A stretch of 64,000 nucleotides of DNA from assembly GCF_023055435.1 (NCBI RefSeq), contig NW_025964013.1, forward strand, positions 3,286,001-3,350,000, in the 5' to 3' direction. Below the pieces are notes generated by a model. The model saw nothing but the letters and a program-made list of their open reading frames with translations, made no database searches and was not told the origin of the DNA. The position numbers were made by a program, and so were the translations under genes. This document shows, one piece after another, positions 1 to 13,800 of the stretch. Each line of letters starts with the position of its first letter. Positions within the stretch are counted from its first letter, which is position 1. This DNA comes from Haliotis rufescens. Taxonomy: Eukaryota.

Positions 1-668
1 TCACGGTGTGAAGTGGTGCATGTACTGTAACCAATACATAGCACGGTGTGAAGTTGTGCATATACTGTAACCAATGCATAGCACGGTGTGAAGTGGTACA
101 CGTACTGTAACCAATATATATCATGGTGTGAAGTGGTGCATGTACTGTAACCAGTGCATAGCACGGTGTGAAGTGGTGCATGTACTGTAACCAATACATA
201 GCACGGTGTGAAGTGGTGCATATACTGTAACCAATGCATAGCACGGTGTGAAGTGGTGCATGTACTGTAACCAATATATATCATGGTGTGAAGTGGTGCA
301 TGTACTGTAACCAATACATAGCATGGTGTGAAGTGGTGCATGAACTGTAACCAATACATAGCACGGTGAAGTGGTGCATATACTGTAACCAATATATAGC
401 ACGGTGTGAGGTGGTGCATATACTGTAACCAATGCATAGCACGGTGTGAAGTGGTGCATGTACTGTAACCAATACATATCACGGTGCGAAGTGGTGCATG
501 TACTGTAATCAATACATATCACGGTGTGAAGTGGTGCCTGTACTGTAACCAATACATAGCATGGTGTGAAGTGGTCCGTGTACTTTAACCAATATATATC
601 ATGGTGTGAAGTGGTGCCTGTACTGTAACCAATACATATCACGGTGCGAAGTGGTGCATGTACTGTGA
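1..668. repeat. 40-bp minisatellite, truncated by the window start
   Basis: About 16-17 tandem copies of GCACGGTGTGAAGTGGTGCATGTACTGTAACCAATACATA. An isolated diverged unit lies near 1036-1062. Confidence 0.95.
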
Positions 669-2019
669 CATGTACTACTGCGCAAAGTGTTTCATCTGAA
701 AACAGCAATGTATGGTAACAGGAACAAACACAACATACATATGCCTCTCTATGGTTTCCTAGAAAATAGTGGTTGGTGTGTACATTGAGTATAAATACAT
801 GTTGAGCTTATACGCATATGGCTGTAGATTTCGTAACATGAGTGGTCTTCTTACTATATAATTTATTTTGTTCTTGACCTTAAAGTTTTGATGTCAACAT
901 AAATGTCATTATGTAACAGAGAGCGGTGTTTACATAAGCCAGTTAGACCTGTTTACCAATCCCTTTCAAGGCAAGTTGAATAAAATATGTTAAAAGTACA
1001 TAGCATGGCGGTACATGTGCTGTTGGCAATAGATCGCATGGTGTGAAGTGATGCGTATATTGTTTCATAGATTTCTGTGACTATGTGTCATATATTCATT
1101 GATACATTTCATAACATTATTTATTCACAAATTTACAGAAATGTACACTTACCGATTGGTGATATTATTTTCTACGACGTCTCTACACAATGTATACCAA
1201 TATGTTTATTTTATATGTACATCCAGTAAACGATTGTGCTTGTCCATTTCAATTGTGTCGATATTATCTAACGGAAGCTAACAGAGAACCAGTGTTTCTC
1301 CATACTCCGTACCAGAATCACTCGGGGAGGAAGGAGAGGGGAGAGTGAGAGAGACACACACAGAGAGCGAGCGAACGAGAGAGCGAGGGGAGTGAGTTCC
1401 ACGTGTTCATGAACATCATCTATTGTACATTTGTTTCCCTATTTACCTTATTTGCCTTACAGTATCACGTGCGCTTGAATCACAAAGTGTCAATCTTGAA
1501 ATAATCGATGTATAAACCGCGTATGGATACATATAGTGCGGCGGAACGGAGTAAACAGCCCCACCTAGTATATTGTGCAATATGAGTTTGTTTATTGAAA
1601 CTCCCATACACCGGAAAACTCATATCCAAACTTATTCGGAAAAATTAAATGATACGGTCTTGAGCTAGTAGACATTGCCTCAAGATAATGAGATCACTAA
1701 AGGTAGTTCCTGCTAGGTGACATCATATTTTATTTTTAAGTGCACGTGATCGTGGCTATATATCGGGAGTCATATTAAAACGTCTTGGGAAAATTAGGCA
1801 ATCAGCCTTAGTCTTTTAAGACAGTAGACATAACACCGATGCATGGCGCTAGTTTTTTCTGCCAGGTGATATCATTTGCATAACTACGTCATCGTGATAC
1901 CAGATTTATCGAACTAGTTCATCGCGTCGGAAACACTATCATGACAAGGATAAAATACCACAGACCTGACTGGAATGAGAGGAGCCGATGACGTAGAACG
2001 CCGCAGCCGACACAACGTT

Positions 2020-4597
2020 GGGGTATGATGACACAACGGCGAGGTATGATAACACAACGGCGAGATATAATGACACAACATCGAGGCATAATGACACAAC
2101 GGTGAGGTATGATGAAACAACGGCGAGATAGGATAACACAACATCTAGGTATAATGACACAACGAGGTATGATGACACAACATAGAGGTATAATGACAAC
2201 GGCGAGGTATGACGACAACATTAACGTATAATGACACAACGGCGTGGTATGATGAAACACTGGCGTGGTGTGATGACACAATGGCGTGGTATGATGATGC
2301 AATGGCGTTTTATGATGACACAATTGCGTTTTATGATGACACAACGGCGTGGTGTGATGGCACAACGGCGTGGTATGATGAAACAACGGCGTGGTGTGAT
2401 GACACAACGGCGTGGTATGATGACACAATGGCGTGGTATGATGACACAATGGCGTTTTATGATGACACAATGGCGTTTTATGATGACACAATGGCATTTT
2501 ATGATGACACAATGGCGTTTTATGATGACACAACGGCGTGGTGTGATGGCACAATGGCGTGGTATGATGAAACAACGGCGTGGTGTGATGACACAACGGC
2601 GTAGTATGATGACACAATGGCGTGGTATGATGACGCAATGGCGTGGTATGGTGACACAATGGCGTGGTGTGATGGCACAACGGCGTGGTATAATCACACA
2701 ACGGCGTGGTATAATGACACAATGGCGTTTTATGATGACACAATTGCGTTTTATGATGACACAATGGCGTGGTATGATGACACAACGGTGTGGTGTGATG
2801 ACACAACGGCGTGGTATGATGAAACAATTGCGTGGTGTGATGACACAACGGCGTGATATGATGACACAATGGCGTTTTATGATGACACAATGGCGTGGTA
2901 TGATGACACAATGGCGTTTTATGATGACACAATGGCGTGGTATGTGACACAATGGCGTGGTGTGATGGCACAACGGCGTGGTATAATCACACAACGGCGT
3001 GGTATAATGACACAATGGCTTTTTATGATGACACAATTGCGTTTTATGATGACACAATGGCGTGGTATGATGACACAACGGTGTGGTGTGATGACACAAC
3101 GGCGTGGTATGATGAAACAATTGCGTGGTGTGATGACACAACGGCGTGATATGATGACACAATGGCGTTTTATGATGACACAATGGCGTGGTATGATGAC
3201 ACAATGGCGTTTTATGATGACACAATGGCGTGGTATGATGACACAACGGCGTGGTGTGATGGCACAACGGCGTGGTATGATGAAACACCGGCGTGGTGTG
3301 ATGACACAACGGCGTGGTATGATGATGCAATGGCGTTTTATGATGACACAATGGCGTGGTATGATGACACAACGGCGTGGTGTGATGGCACAACGGCGTG
3401 GTATGATGAAACAACGGCGTGGTGTGATGACACAACGGCGTGGTATGATGACACAATGGCGTGGTATGATGACGCAATGGCGTGGTATGATGGCACAATG
3501 GCGTGGTGTGATGGCACAACTGCGTGGTGTGATGACACAACGGTGTGGTATGATGACACAATGGCGTTTTATGATGACACAATGGCATGGTATGATGACA
3601 CAATGGCGTGGTGTGATGGCACAATGGCGTGGTAAGATGACACAGTGGCGTGGTATGATGACACAATGGCGTGGTATGATGACACAATGGCGTGGTATGA
3701 TGACACAATGGCGTTTTATGAAGACACAATGGCGTGGTGTGATGGCACAACGGCGTGGTATAATCACACAACGGCGTGGTATAATGACACAATGGCTTTT
3801 TATGATGACACAATTGCGTTTTATGATGACACAATGGCGTGGTATGATGACACAACGGTGTGGTGTGATGACACAACGGCGTGGTATGATGAAACAATTG
3901 CGTGGTGTGATGACACAACGGCGTGATATGATGACACAATGGCGTTTTATGATGACACAATGGCGTGGTATGATGACACAATGGCGTTTTATGATGACAC
4001 AATGGCGTGGTATGATGACACAACGGCGTGGTGTGATGGCACAACGGCGTGGTATGATGAAACACCGGCGTGGTGTGATGACACAACGGCGTGGTATGAT
4101 GATGCAATGGCGTTTTATGATGACACAATGGCGTGGTATGATGACACAACGGCGTGGTGTGATGGCACAACGGCGTGGTATGATGAAACAACGGCGTGGT
4201 GTGATGACACAACGGCGTGGTATGATGACACAATGGCGTGGTATGATGACGCAATGGCGTGGTATGATGGCACAATGGCGTGGTGTGATGGCACAACTGC
4301 GTGGTGTGATGACACAACGGTGTGGTATGATGACACAATGGCGTTTTATGATGACACAATGGCATGGTATGATGACACAATGGCGTGGTGTGATGGCACA
4401 ATGGCGTGGTAAGATGACACAGTGGCGTGGTATGATGACACAATGGCGTGGTATGATGACACAATGGCGTGGTATGATGACACAATGGCGTTTTATGAAG
4501 ACACAATGGCGTGGTGTGATGGCACAACGGCGTGGTGTGATGACACAACGGCGTGGTGTGATGGCACAATGGCGTGGTGTGATGACACAACGACGAG
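2020..4597. repeat. 21-bp minisatellite with a 777-bp higher-order duplication
   Basis: Unit ATGATGACACAAYGGCGTGGT, ~120 copies. Diagnostic variants (AAACACCGGCG, GTAAGATGACACAGTGG) recur 777 bp (37 units) apart. Confidence 0.95.
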
Positions 4598-4799
4598 GTA
4601 TATATATATATATACAACATATAATATACAATACAGATCAAGATGGTAACAAACCTCAATAATTTTTATTTTTTACACTTTAACGTAATAATGAGTTCAA
4701 ATGTACAATGAATATGGACAGATGTTTCAAAGTGGATATATATATATATATAGGTGATAACGCTTTACGCAGTTTACACATATTTGGCCAGATATAACA

Positions 4800-4965
4800 G
4801 TTCTTTGGGGTGTAAAGAAGTCGTTGTTATAAAAAATATAGTGAAACTCGTCTCCAACAGCAGATGAATTGCATAGTGTACAGACACGGTCTTCTCTCAG
4901 TAACCCTCTCAATCGGCCGGTTTCAATGGGCAAATGGTGATTGGATGTGCGAAATTGTAAAGTGT
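4800..4965 (-). mobile_element. Non-LTR retrotransposon (LINE) ORF2 C-terminal fragment
   Basis: Translates as QFRTSNHHLPIETGR...REDRVCTLCNSSAVGDEFHYIF, the typical C-terminal Cys/His knuckle of LINE ORF2. Confidence 0.75.
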
Positions 4966-5756
4966 ACGATATGATATGAATCAGTATTGCATGACTTGGG
5001 GTCGATGCAGTGCTAAAGATATCGCTGATATTCTGGTCATGATTAGGTAAGCAGGATGGGAAATATGTGGTTTGGCAATAAGCCAATGTAGTTGCTCAGC
5101 AGGAGAGTTCGCGGGATATACTTGGAACACCTGTAAGATAACAGTTACTATTGTCATACTCTTTGTGGACCTATATTTACCATGATATAGTTGATCCCTA
5201 CGTGAGTTGGATCCTTACGTGTCTTATAATGAGATATAAATAATTCTAATAAAAGCGATTGTGTTGACATACGATCTAATACATATGTCTGTACACCCGA
5301 CGCAGATAGAGCTAGACAACTGCAGCGTGAACGTGAGTACCCATGTACTTGTATGTTGTCTTGATGAGAGATTACTTAGCCTTGAAGCTACCTAGAATTA
5401 GCCTAGAAACTGACACTTCACCGTCAGACGAAACGTTCCGAGGTATCAGTTTAATGTAAAACTGGGTCATCGTCTATTTGCTGACATAAACGTTTACAGA
5501 TTTCAGTCATATTGTGGACGTAATATAAATAATGATTTTGCAATCACAAATATTAATTGACGTAAACAGCAGCATAAATGCTATGAAGTTTGTTGTTATT
5601 TCTTTGTTAGTTAAAGGGGTACCCGGGAGTAGAGTTGTCAGCACTGTATTCCTGTATTCCTCGTAACAAACAGAATGGAAGACGTAAGGAAACAACAACG
5701 TCATATGTGTTTTAGATGAGTCGGCCTTAGCAAAAGTATCTTCGTAGTCCAAATAT

Positions 5757-5920
5757 GAGTGAGTGAGTATGGTTTTACGCCACTTTTAGCAATATTCCAG
5801 CAATATCACGGCGGGGGACACCAGAAATGGGCTTCACACATTGTACCCATGTCGGGATTCGAACCCGGGTCTTTGGCGTGACGAGCGAACGCTTTAACAA
5901 CTAGGCTACCCGACCGCCCC
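5757..5920 (-). mobile_element. tRNA-derived SINE, family A, (CACT)n tail
   Basis: A box TAGCCTAGTTGTTAAAGCG, B box GGTTCGAATCC, CACT tail. TSD-like TAGTCCAAATAT (5745-5756) / TCGTCCAAATAT (5921-5932). Confidence 0.9.
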
Positions 5921-5989
5921 TCGTCCAAATATAAACAGTGGAGACCTCATCACGGGTATATATGTAGGAATAGTTAAATACTATTAAAG

Positions 5990-6400
5990 GTGACAAAAAT
6001 TGTCGGATCAACGTGAGACAACAGTAGTATAAACTGGATCGATGTTTTAATCTCTGGTTATAAGCAAAATACAATGAAAAATAGACCGATGTACAGTTAA
6101 CATGGGCAAATTTAAAAATGATATAAGTTATAATGACCACCTCAATATAGTATAAAAACGTTTGTGGTACAACGATCAAATACAAATGTGATCCTACACT
6201 GTGTTCGATAAACATTTGTATTCTCAAGGAATATGAAATATGAACGATATACTGAAAGAACAAGGTGAATATTTATCGTTTGTGGACATACAGAAAAAAC
6301 ATACTTATGAAGCTTACCTATTCACAATACAATGGCATGTGGAGATGTGTGAGACAGATATGGATTAGCTGTATAATAATATAAATAAATAAATATTTTC
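5990..6400 (+). mobile_element. Degenerate L1/Tx1-like ORF2 fragment
   Basis: Interrupted frames read LWYNDQIQ...GI...D...GEYLSFVDIQKK, resembling the post-RT region of Tx1-type elements. Many stops. Confidence 0.35.
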
Positions 6401-6469
6401 CTGACAACGACACTTGGCTAATGTTATACACTAGTATTTATGCTAAATACCAGTACCTTATCCAACAGA

Positions 6470-6719
6470 GACCCGCGAAGATCCGGGGTAGAATAGGTGT
6501 TCAGCTAACCAAGCTTGCCGTAAAAGCTGACTATGCTTGTCATAAGAGGAACTGGTAGTCATGCTCGCTGACTTGGTTGATGCATGTCATCGTATCCCAA
6601 TTGCGTAGATCGATGCTTATGATGTGAATCAATGGATTGTCTGGTCCAAACTCGATTATTTACAGACCGCCTTCATATAGCTGGAATATTGCTGAGTGCG
6701 GCGTTAAACAACAAACAAA
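6470..6719 (+). mobile_element. SINE-like family B (no tRNA head, (CAAA)n tail)
   Basis: Starts ACCCGCGAAGATCCGGGGTAGAATAGG and ends GCTGGAATATTGCTGAGTGCGGCGTTAAACAACAAACAAA. At least 8 related copies in the window. Confidence 0.85.
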
Positions 6720-9343
6720 GACAGTTGTTAACCTTGACTTATTCCTTCTCAACTTATCCCACCTCTCGTGGGTTAATTAACCTCATTGGACTGTTCTTTT
6801 ATAACATAAGGTAAATTGTTGTTTCAACTAAGTGTAGGGGTGTTCGGGTGTAGCGGTTTTGGCATGTAGGGTTTTGAGTGACAATCGTTGCGACAAGTGG
6901 GAAGTTTGATTCGTTGTGTACGGAAATAGATGTTTATTATTAGCGCTGCTCTCGCGCATGAGGCAGTGGACAAACACGTGGTCCAGGGGACGTGGAGCTA
7001 TTTATAGCTCACTGCGTCATCGTAATGACGTATGTGTGTCAACGATGCGGAAACGAAAGTACATAAGAGTACAAAACGCATAAAATGATATAATACACAA
7101 TGGCTTCCGGGAGACGGAGAAACAACAGCTATGTGACATGCTATAACACACAACTGTGACAAGTGCGTAATTCCTTGACAAGGCTGTATTTTTATCGTTT
7201 CTCTGCGATGCGACATATATTTCAAAATAACGCTCACAACTTCACACAAAAGAGGCAAAATCACCATCAAAGTTTCATAATGGTTTCGAAGTATGTATCA
7301 ACTACGAAAGCTAAATTTCACTGTCGTATATCAGACTACACATATACTATCAATACATAGTTGATTATATTCATTAAAATGCTTTTACTCATGATTGAGT
7401 TGACAAAAGAGACAAATTAGCGTTAACGAGGATGTCATATGAAGGCTGCTAGCCAGTACCGCACATCAGCGTTATAGTAGGTATAACTAGGGGCATCTTG
7501 GGTCAACCGAACGTAAATCATTTGTCAAAAAGGTTAAAATAGGTCAGATCTTGGTCAACATGGGTTCAACTCGGTCGACCAGGATTGGGGAATCGACCGA
7601 GGTTGAATCAGACGATGCTGAATGACAGGTGAGTGATGGTTCATATCACACGTCTTACAATGTGAGTGACATAGAATAGCTCAGTGCGTTTCCATGTATC
7701 AATTGTTAGGAATAGAAGTTGTATTATGCCAGTCTTTGGTGAGAAATTATTAAAATATTAAAGTACGAAGTCGGTGGCGGGCTGGATGGACCGACATATG
7801 TATAGTCTATGTAAGAGGGAAATATGTACAGTTTAATCAGGCTAGTAGTATTATCGGAGGATCGTGGGCAATTCAGTGAAGTACCGATAGTATTTGATAA
7901 TTATTCACTGTAATGTCATTTCATAATTAAATTTAATTATGTCACTCCCCGTGTCAGTGAGCACGCATGCTGGCAACGTGAATGTGTAACAACGGTGTTA
8001 ATAGGATAAAGTGAAATGGATCATTATGTAAACTTTGGAAAAAGGATTGGAGTAATTAAAGGAATACAATAGTCATTGAAATGGTGTTTCGTGGAAATTC
8101 AAATGCTTCGAAAACGTACATTTCAACACACGTGACTGCAGTCAAGCACGAAAGTAGGATGTGATTATGAAACGTTGAGTGTGAAAAGGCAAAGTATCCT
8201 ATACGTCATTATTGCCTTCACACTCCTCACATTGTTGTGCACGGGATGAACTCATGCGTAGAATAAGAACAGGAACGCGGTAGGCGCATTGTGACGCCAG
8301 CCGCAGACAGCGTAAACACGCGAACGACAGGGACACCAACAGCACAACCCAGCTGAGCGAGGTGGTAAGATCGACCTTTGAACTTTGTCCCATATATCAG
8401 CTGATCTCTTGTCGAGCGAGTGTTCTCCTTGCACACGGGAAGTTTGGGCCTTGCTCAGTGGAGAGTTAATGGTCACCTGTCTGGCTTGAACTTGTCGTGC
8501 ACAGTTGGTTGATAACAAAGTTTGTTGACGGAGGACGAAGGTTATCGTGTTGGCAGTGTTATGGCGGTCTAATTTCTGCACACCATTTGGGTAAGCCTAA
8601 CTACGCACTGTCACAGCCCTGCTGTGGGGTGACCGCTTTAGAAATGTCACCACTCTGTGTGTGTAAATGAACTTCACTGTGCATTGTTTATTTTGAAAAT
8701 TACAAACGTCAAGTAACTTATACAACCTAAAGACATTGCTATTCCCCTGTTAAGAAATGTACAGATAAAGTAGATCGCCCTCTCGCCAGCGGTGGGTGTC
8801 CTGCGGCGTTTGTAGGTCAAGGTCTCATGTATAGCCCGGTCTTTGTGTTTGAAGATTAGACACAAGAAACAAAATCATATGGTGTTTATTATTGAATGTG
8901 AGAAGATTGTTTTCTTTTAAATCTAATGTAAGTGCCGATTGTGAAGTCATCCAACGTCGTCATTGTTGAGGATTCAATCATTGTTCTGAGATTGACAGCT
9001 GCAAAGCGAAGATTTGATTACGTCACATGATATAATATTCGCATGCAATGTATAATAATGTGTGTGTGTTTGTGTGAAGCTACGCATTCATTAAGGTACG
9101 CTGTCACACCACCTGTCAGCAATCGGGATATACGATCATATGTACAAATTTCTATAAATCGCCTAGCCCCAGTAAGATCGGAATTCTCATTACATAGCTT
9201 CTCCTCGAATCAAACTCTCCGTGTGAATGACCAACTACGTTTGTTGTCCTGTTGAGGTCACGTGATTACATGGTGCTCTGCAAAGTGCTACGCTATCTTT
9301 GAAATGAGGAGTTGTCATCTCAAGATCTTTCTCAAAGAGTCCC

Positions 9344-9514
9344 TGGTAGCCTAGTGGTTGAAGCGTTCGCTCTTCACGCCGAAGACCTGGGTTCGATTCC
9401 CCACATGGGTACAATGTGTGAAGCCCATTTCTGGTATCCCCCGCCGTGATATTGCTGGAATATTGCTAAAAGCGGCGTAAAATCATACTCACTCACTCAC
9501 TCACTCACTCACTC
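9344..9514 (+). mobile_element. tRNA-derived SINE, family A
   Basis: A/B boxes and (CACT)n tail. CTCAAAGAGTC is repeated on both flanks. Confidence 0.9.
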
Positions 9515-9532
9515 AAAGAGTCTCACTCAGAG

Positions 9533-9860
9533 GTGAAGTGAGGTGAAATGGAGTTTAACGTCGCGTCGCAGATTATTGCACTTATATAGCGACGTGCATG
9601 CACGTGTGTGTGTTTGTACTAGTCCGGACTGACGTCGATTTATAGTGCTAGCCCACTGAGATACCATGCCGCAGTTTAACATGAATACCCCACTCAGACA
9701 CGTCAGTATACAGACTCCGAGCCGACCGGTCCTTGTTTTAGCCCCTTAATGCCGAGCGCCAAACAGGGTGACAACAAGTACCATATTTTAACGTCTTTTG
9801 GTACGACGCGGCCAGGGATCGAACCCCGGACCTTCCGCTCTCCGGGCGGACGCTCTACCA
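9533..9860 (-). mobile_element. tRNA-derived SINE, family C (Meta-domain-like)
   Basis: tRNA head TGGTAGAGCG...GGTTCGATCC followed by CCAAAAGACGTTAAAATATGGTACTTG...TTGGCGCTCGGCATTAAGGG, which resembles the MetaSINE central domain. TSD GTCTCACTCAGAG at 9520-9532 and 9861-9873. Confidence 0.8.
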
Positions 9861-10884
9861 GTCTCACTCAGAGTGTTTTGCCAAGCGACATTTTGCGACA
9901 ATGTTTTGCTGACGTAATTTCGTTTGATCTAGCTTTTGTAACTTTGAAAAGGTTGTATATATTTATATATTTTATAACACCCTCCTGATCTCGTTTAAAT
10001 TCACCGTAGTCGTAAAACCATCACGAGGTCACTTGACATTGAGGTCGTAAACGGAGAAGGTCGCCATGCAACATTATAAATAGTTGTGTACTTACCGGCC
10101 TATTTGTCTCATGGTGACCGCAGAGTTTACCGTTCATTAAACAGGTATTCGTCTGCTGAGCGAGCCGCCTTGTATGTCAGGCAGGAGATATTGATGGATG
10201 GTCGGTTATTCCCCATCTACATCCATCTGACTCAGACTGATACAGACCCTGTACCAGTGGATCGTTGTTCAAGCTGCATGGCACTTGGCTGTTGGCAGTT
10301 GGCAGGTCATTCCTGGTCACGATATTAAAACACTGCGATACTTTACACGGTACGCTTCTTCGGTCATCGATTCATATCGGTATATTTCACATTTACGTTT
10401 TTGTTCCCAAATGACTGATGCTAATCAAAATGTTGGATTCGTCTTTTTTCAGCCGCATTGTGTACTGGAGGCTTTAATGTTTGACCCTCCATTTTACATG
10501 TTAACTTCGTAGTACGATCCCTGTCTTAAACAGCAATTGCAACCAGTTTAAGAACAGCATATAGCAGCCAGTGGACAGGGCATTGCAATCAGTTTCATGA
10601 ACCGCACTTTGCAACCGGTATTATGACCCGCGCATTTCAACCAGTGTCATGAACTACGCATTGCAACCAGCGTCATGAACCGCTGTTACATGAAAACTGT
10701 TATAAGCCGTGTTAAACCAAATTCGCTCCCTCCCTCACTCACTCACTCACTCAAAATAAGGACGATCTAGGTAAACCCATGTTGACCAAGGTATGATCTA
10801 TGTTAACCTATTTCTTGACAAACTTATTTACGTCCTGTCCAGGTTGACCTAAGTTGCGCCTACCAACTAAAATCCTCGACTGAG

Positions 10885-10968
10885 GTACCCTGGTAAGCAG
10901 CGTCTGCGTGACTTCCGCTTTGAATTAGCTTAAGGCGGAAGTCACGTAGACGCTGCTCACCAGGGTAC
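10885..10968. repeat. Near-perfect 84-bp palindrome (tiny MITE or hairpin)
   Basis: GTACCCTGGTAAGCAGCGTCTGCGTGACTTCCGC-loop-GCGGAAGTCACGTAGACGCTGCTCACCAGGGTAC. Confidence 0.85.
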
Positions 10969-11635
10969 ATTAATAAGAAAACAATAGTTTAATTTATTGA
11001 TCATTGATTTCCTGTCACATTAAGCTTACACGCCGTGATATAACTTGAATACTGTTCAAAGCGGTGTTACACTTTACCCACTCACTAATTCACACTTGTT
11101 CTGCAAGGTCATGGTGTTGCGCTCTCGTACTTTGAGTGAGTGAGTGAGTGAGTTAGGTTTTACACCGTTTGACACACGGAATAGGCTTCAAACATCGTAC
11201 ACATGTTGCGAATCAAACACGAGTCTTTCGTATTATAACAATATACATGTACTGAACCATTATCTCATGTGGGATACAATACTCGACTGTCAATACATAC
11301 ATGCAGTTATGTACATAGATGTACGACACCGTATGCTGTGTGACTGACACATGACTCATGGCGGTAGGTTTGCAAACCGCAAATCTATTGTGATGAACAT
11401 ATTATTATTATTATTATTATTTTATTATTTTTATTATTATTGTATGTATAATCAGATAGTAACATGTTTCCACTAACAAACAAATATGTGCATTCTGTAA
11501 CTGCTTATTCAAAATGAATGCTCACATCAGATAATAACACTGGTATATTTTGTTATCATATTTGCGTGCTCATACTTGTGACTTCTGTGAGGTAATATAT
11601 TCCTGTATGTGTTGCAGACCCAGACATATTACACA

Positions 11636-12371
11636 ATGGAGGCAGCTGGCGTTACCGGTAAGTACTGTCTGGTGATCTCATGGAGTACGGTGCTAACAAA
11701 CCAAGAAACATAGCCAGAGGAAATCTGGGATTCGAACTCGCGATCATTTCTCTGGAAAACCTAAGGGACACAACTCTGTCCAGTGAATGTGTCCTTTGAC
11801 GACTGGACCCACATGCCCCCACAATGTGCAATAGTTTGTACCTCACTTATCAACGTTTTATAATACCATGACGCTAAAAAATACCTTTACATGATCATAC
11901 AAATATCATCTTTATAATGTGAAATGGTTCTATCAAAGTGATTATTTCATTCATCAATAGCTATATATCCCCAAATCCGGAATTCATCAATACCATATCC
12001 GTATACAGTAAACTGCGGTCATAACGAACTCAAAAGGACCACTATTGTTAGTTCGTAATAACCGTAGTTCGTTATAAGCGTATATACAGCATATATACAA
12101 CAAATGGCCGGGACTAAAAAGAAGTTCGTTATATCGGTCAGTTCGTTATAAGAGTGTTCGTTATAAACGTAGTTTACTGTATTAAGTTTCTATCATTTCA
12201 GGTGAAGCTGTGGTTGACTTGTTTAACCCAGTCCTGATTGGTGTGATTGCCGTGGCGCTTGTGTTCTGTGTGGTGGGGGTCGCGGGGACGATGTACCTTG
12301 TGTGTAAGTACAGACCGTGGTCGTCCCCCCGGGGCACAGAGAAACCGGGTGTCCAGTATGAACGTGTGTGA
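11636..12371 (+). CDS. Small single-pass membrane protein 1 (63 aa) with C-terminal ITIM-like VQYERV
   Basis: join(11636..11657,12202..12371). Canonical sites: TTGCAG acceptor before 11618, GTAAGT donor, TTTCAG acceptor; phase-1 intron. Protein MEAAGVTGEAVVDLFNPVLIGVIAVALVFCVVGVAGTMYLVCKYRPWSSPRGTEKPGVQYERV*. A possible non-coding first exon ends near the GTAAGC donor at ~8590. Confidence 0.75.
12006..12179. mobile_element. pogo/Tigger-type MITE
   Basis: TIRs CAGTAAACT.CGGT.ATAACGAAC with TA TSD. Lies ~20 bp upstream of the acceptor of the TM exon. Second copy at 40264-40438. Confidence 0.85.
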
Positions 12372-13527
12372 TGAACAGATTTGGCCCAGACACAGGACTC
12401 ATTCGTACGGCATTGTAGTGAGACATTGTAGACTACGGTACGTAGATCAGGAGCAGGTCTCCGTCGGGAACATACCTCAGCGCCCATGTCATCAACCCGG
12501 CTCTGATTACACTGTGGAGCAAACGTGGAACTTCTGTGCGTGACTCCTACATGCCTGATGAATGGTGCCTTTTTCATGGGAGTGGTTTCTGTTCTCTTCG
12601 TATGCAACCATGCAGCCAACTACTCACAATGTTTCTAAGGATATCATGAACCCAGCCGCTCACCAAGGATGCCAGATCATCTTTTCGCCGAAGTCAGACA
12701 TTTTCAACTTGTATGTTCTCTGTCAGCTGTGAACACTGTGAATAGACAATCTGTCTTAGTGATATTGTGTCGTCAAGTGGCATTCGGAAAGTGCGGCACC
12801 AATGAAAACAGGGTTGACTCATATATTTCATCTGTTTTACTGTATATAGGCGATGTTTCGAGGCTGGTGCTGGTTACTTTGTCCAGCGTGTGTTTGATAC
12901 GTATATTCACTGATACGTATTATTGTCTTAGAAACAATGCCTGCTGTTACGAACCTGAAGTGAAATCGTGTATATCATTGTAATGTAATGAGATATTAAT
13001 GAAAGGAAAGAGATACCTGCTTCGGTACAACAAGGCGTCAGGGAGAGCATTATCGTCTATCGTAAATTGTAGACGACTTAAAAATTATTGTCAGTAGCGC
13101 ACTGGCCAGCAGATTGCCAACCATACTGTGGCACTGTTCATGAATGTAAATCAGCATTCCCAACAGGGGCGCATCGTGCTACCTCGTGAAGGTAACAGCA
13201 GTCAACTCATACCCCTTTACATACTGACTTGAATAGACTGGAAGTGTAACAAGGTCGCCTCAATTTGTGAATATCCTCGTCGGAGAGTTTGGAAGAGATT
13301 GACAGCGTAGTGTATATTGTGGAAGAACAGCAAATTCCCTGACAATATATTATCATGATATTTCCTGTATGATGTACCCTTGTTCAGAATATCCTTATTG
13401 CCCAGACTGTTTTGAAAATACCTTAACTGCATATATTTCAAGTATTCACATATTCTGGCTTTTTAAGAACCGTAGTAATGTGGTTAAATATCGCCATTTG
13501 TGCTCCCTAATGTCCACATAATTAGAA

Positions 13528-13800
13528 ACCTGTAAAGATCCAGGTAGAGAATAGGTCTTCAGCAACCTATGCGTGCCGTAAGAGGCGACTATGCTTGTCG
13601 TAAGAAGCGACTAACGGGATCGGGTGGTCAGGCTCGCTAATTTGTTTGATACATGTCATCATATCCCATTTGCGTTGATAGATGTTCATGATGTCAATCA
13701 CTGGATTGTGTGGTCCAGACTCGATTATTTTACAGACCGCCGTCATATAGCTGTAATATTACTGAGTGCGGCGTTAAACAATAAACAAACAAACAAACAA
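13528..13800 (+). mobile_element. SINE-like family B
   Basis: Full-length copy with duplicated GCTTGYCGTAAGAGGCGACTA module and (CAAA)n tail. Confidence 0.85.

Noticed and set aside
1919-4662. Long ORFs of 350-812 aa (HHTTPLC, MMTQWRG repeats)
   Set aside because: Artefacts of a 21-bp minisatellite whose unit length is a multiple of 3; open in several frames on both strands.
8199-8393. 64-aa minus-strand ORF with a hydrophobic stretch (possible sixth microprotein)
   Set aside because: The hydrophobic segment is short, there is no convincing acceptor or Tyr motif, and it is antisense to the putative first exon of protein 1. Not supportable without RNA data.
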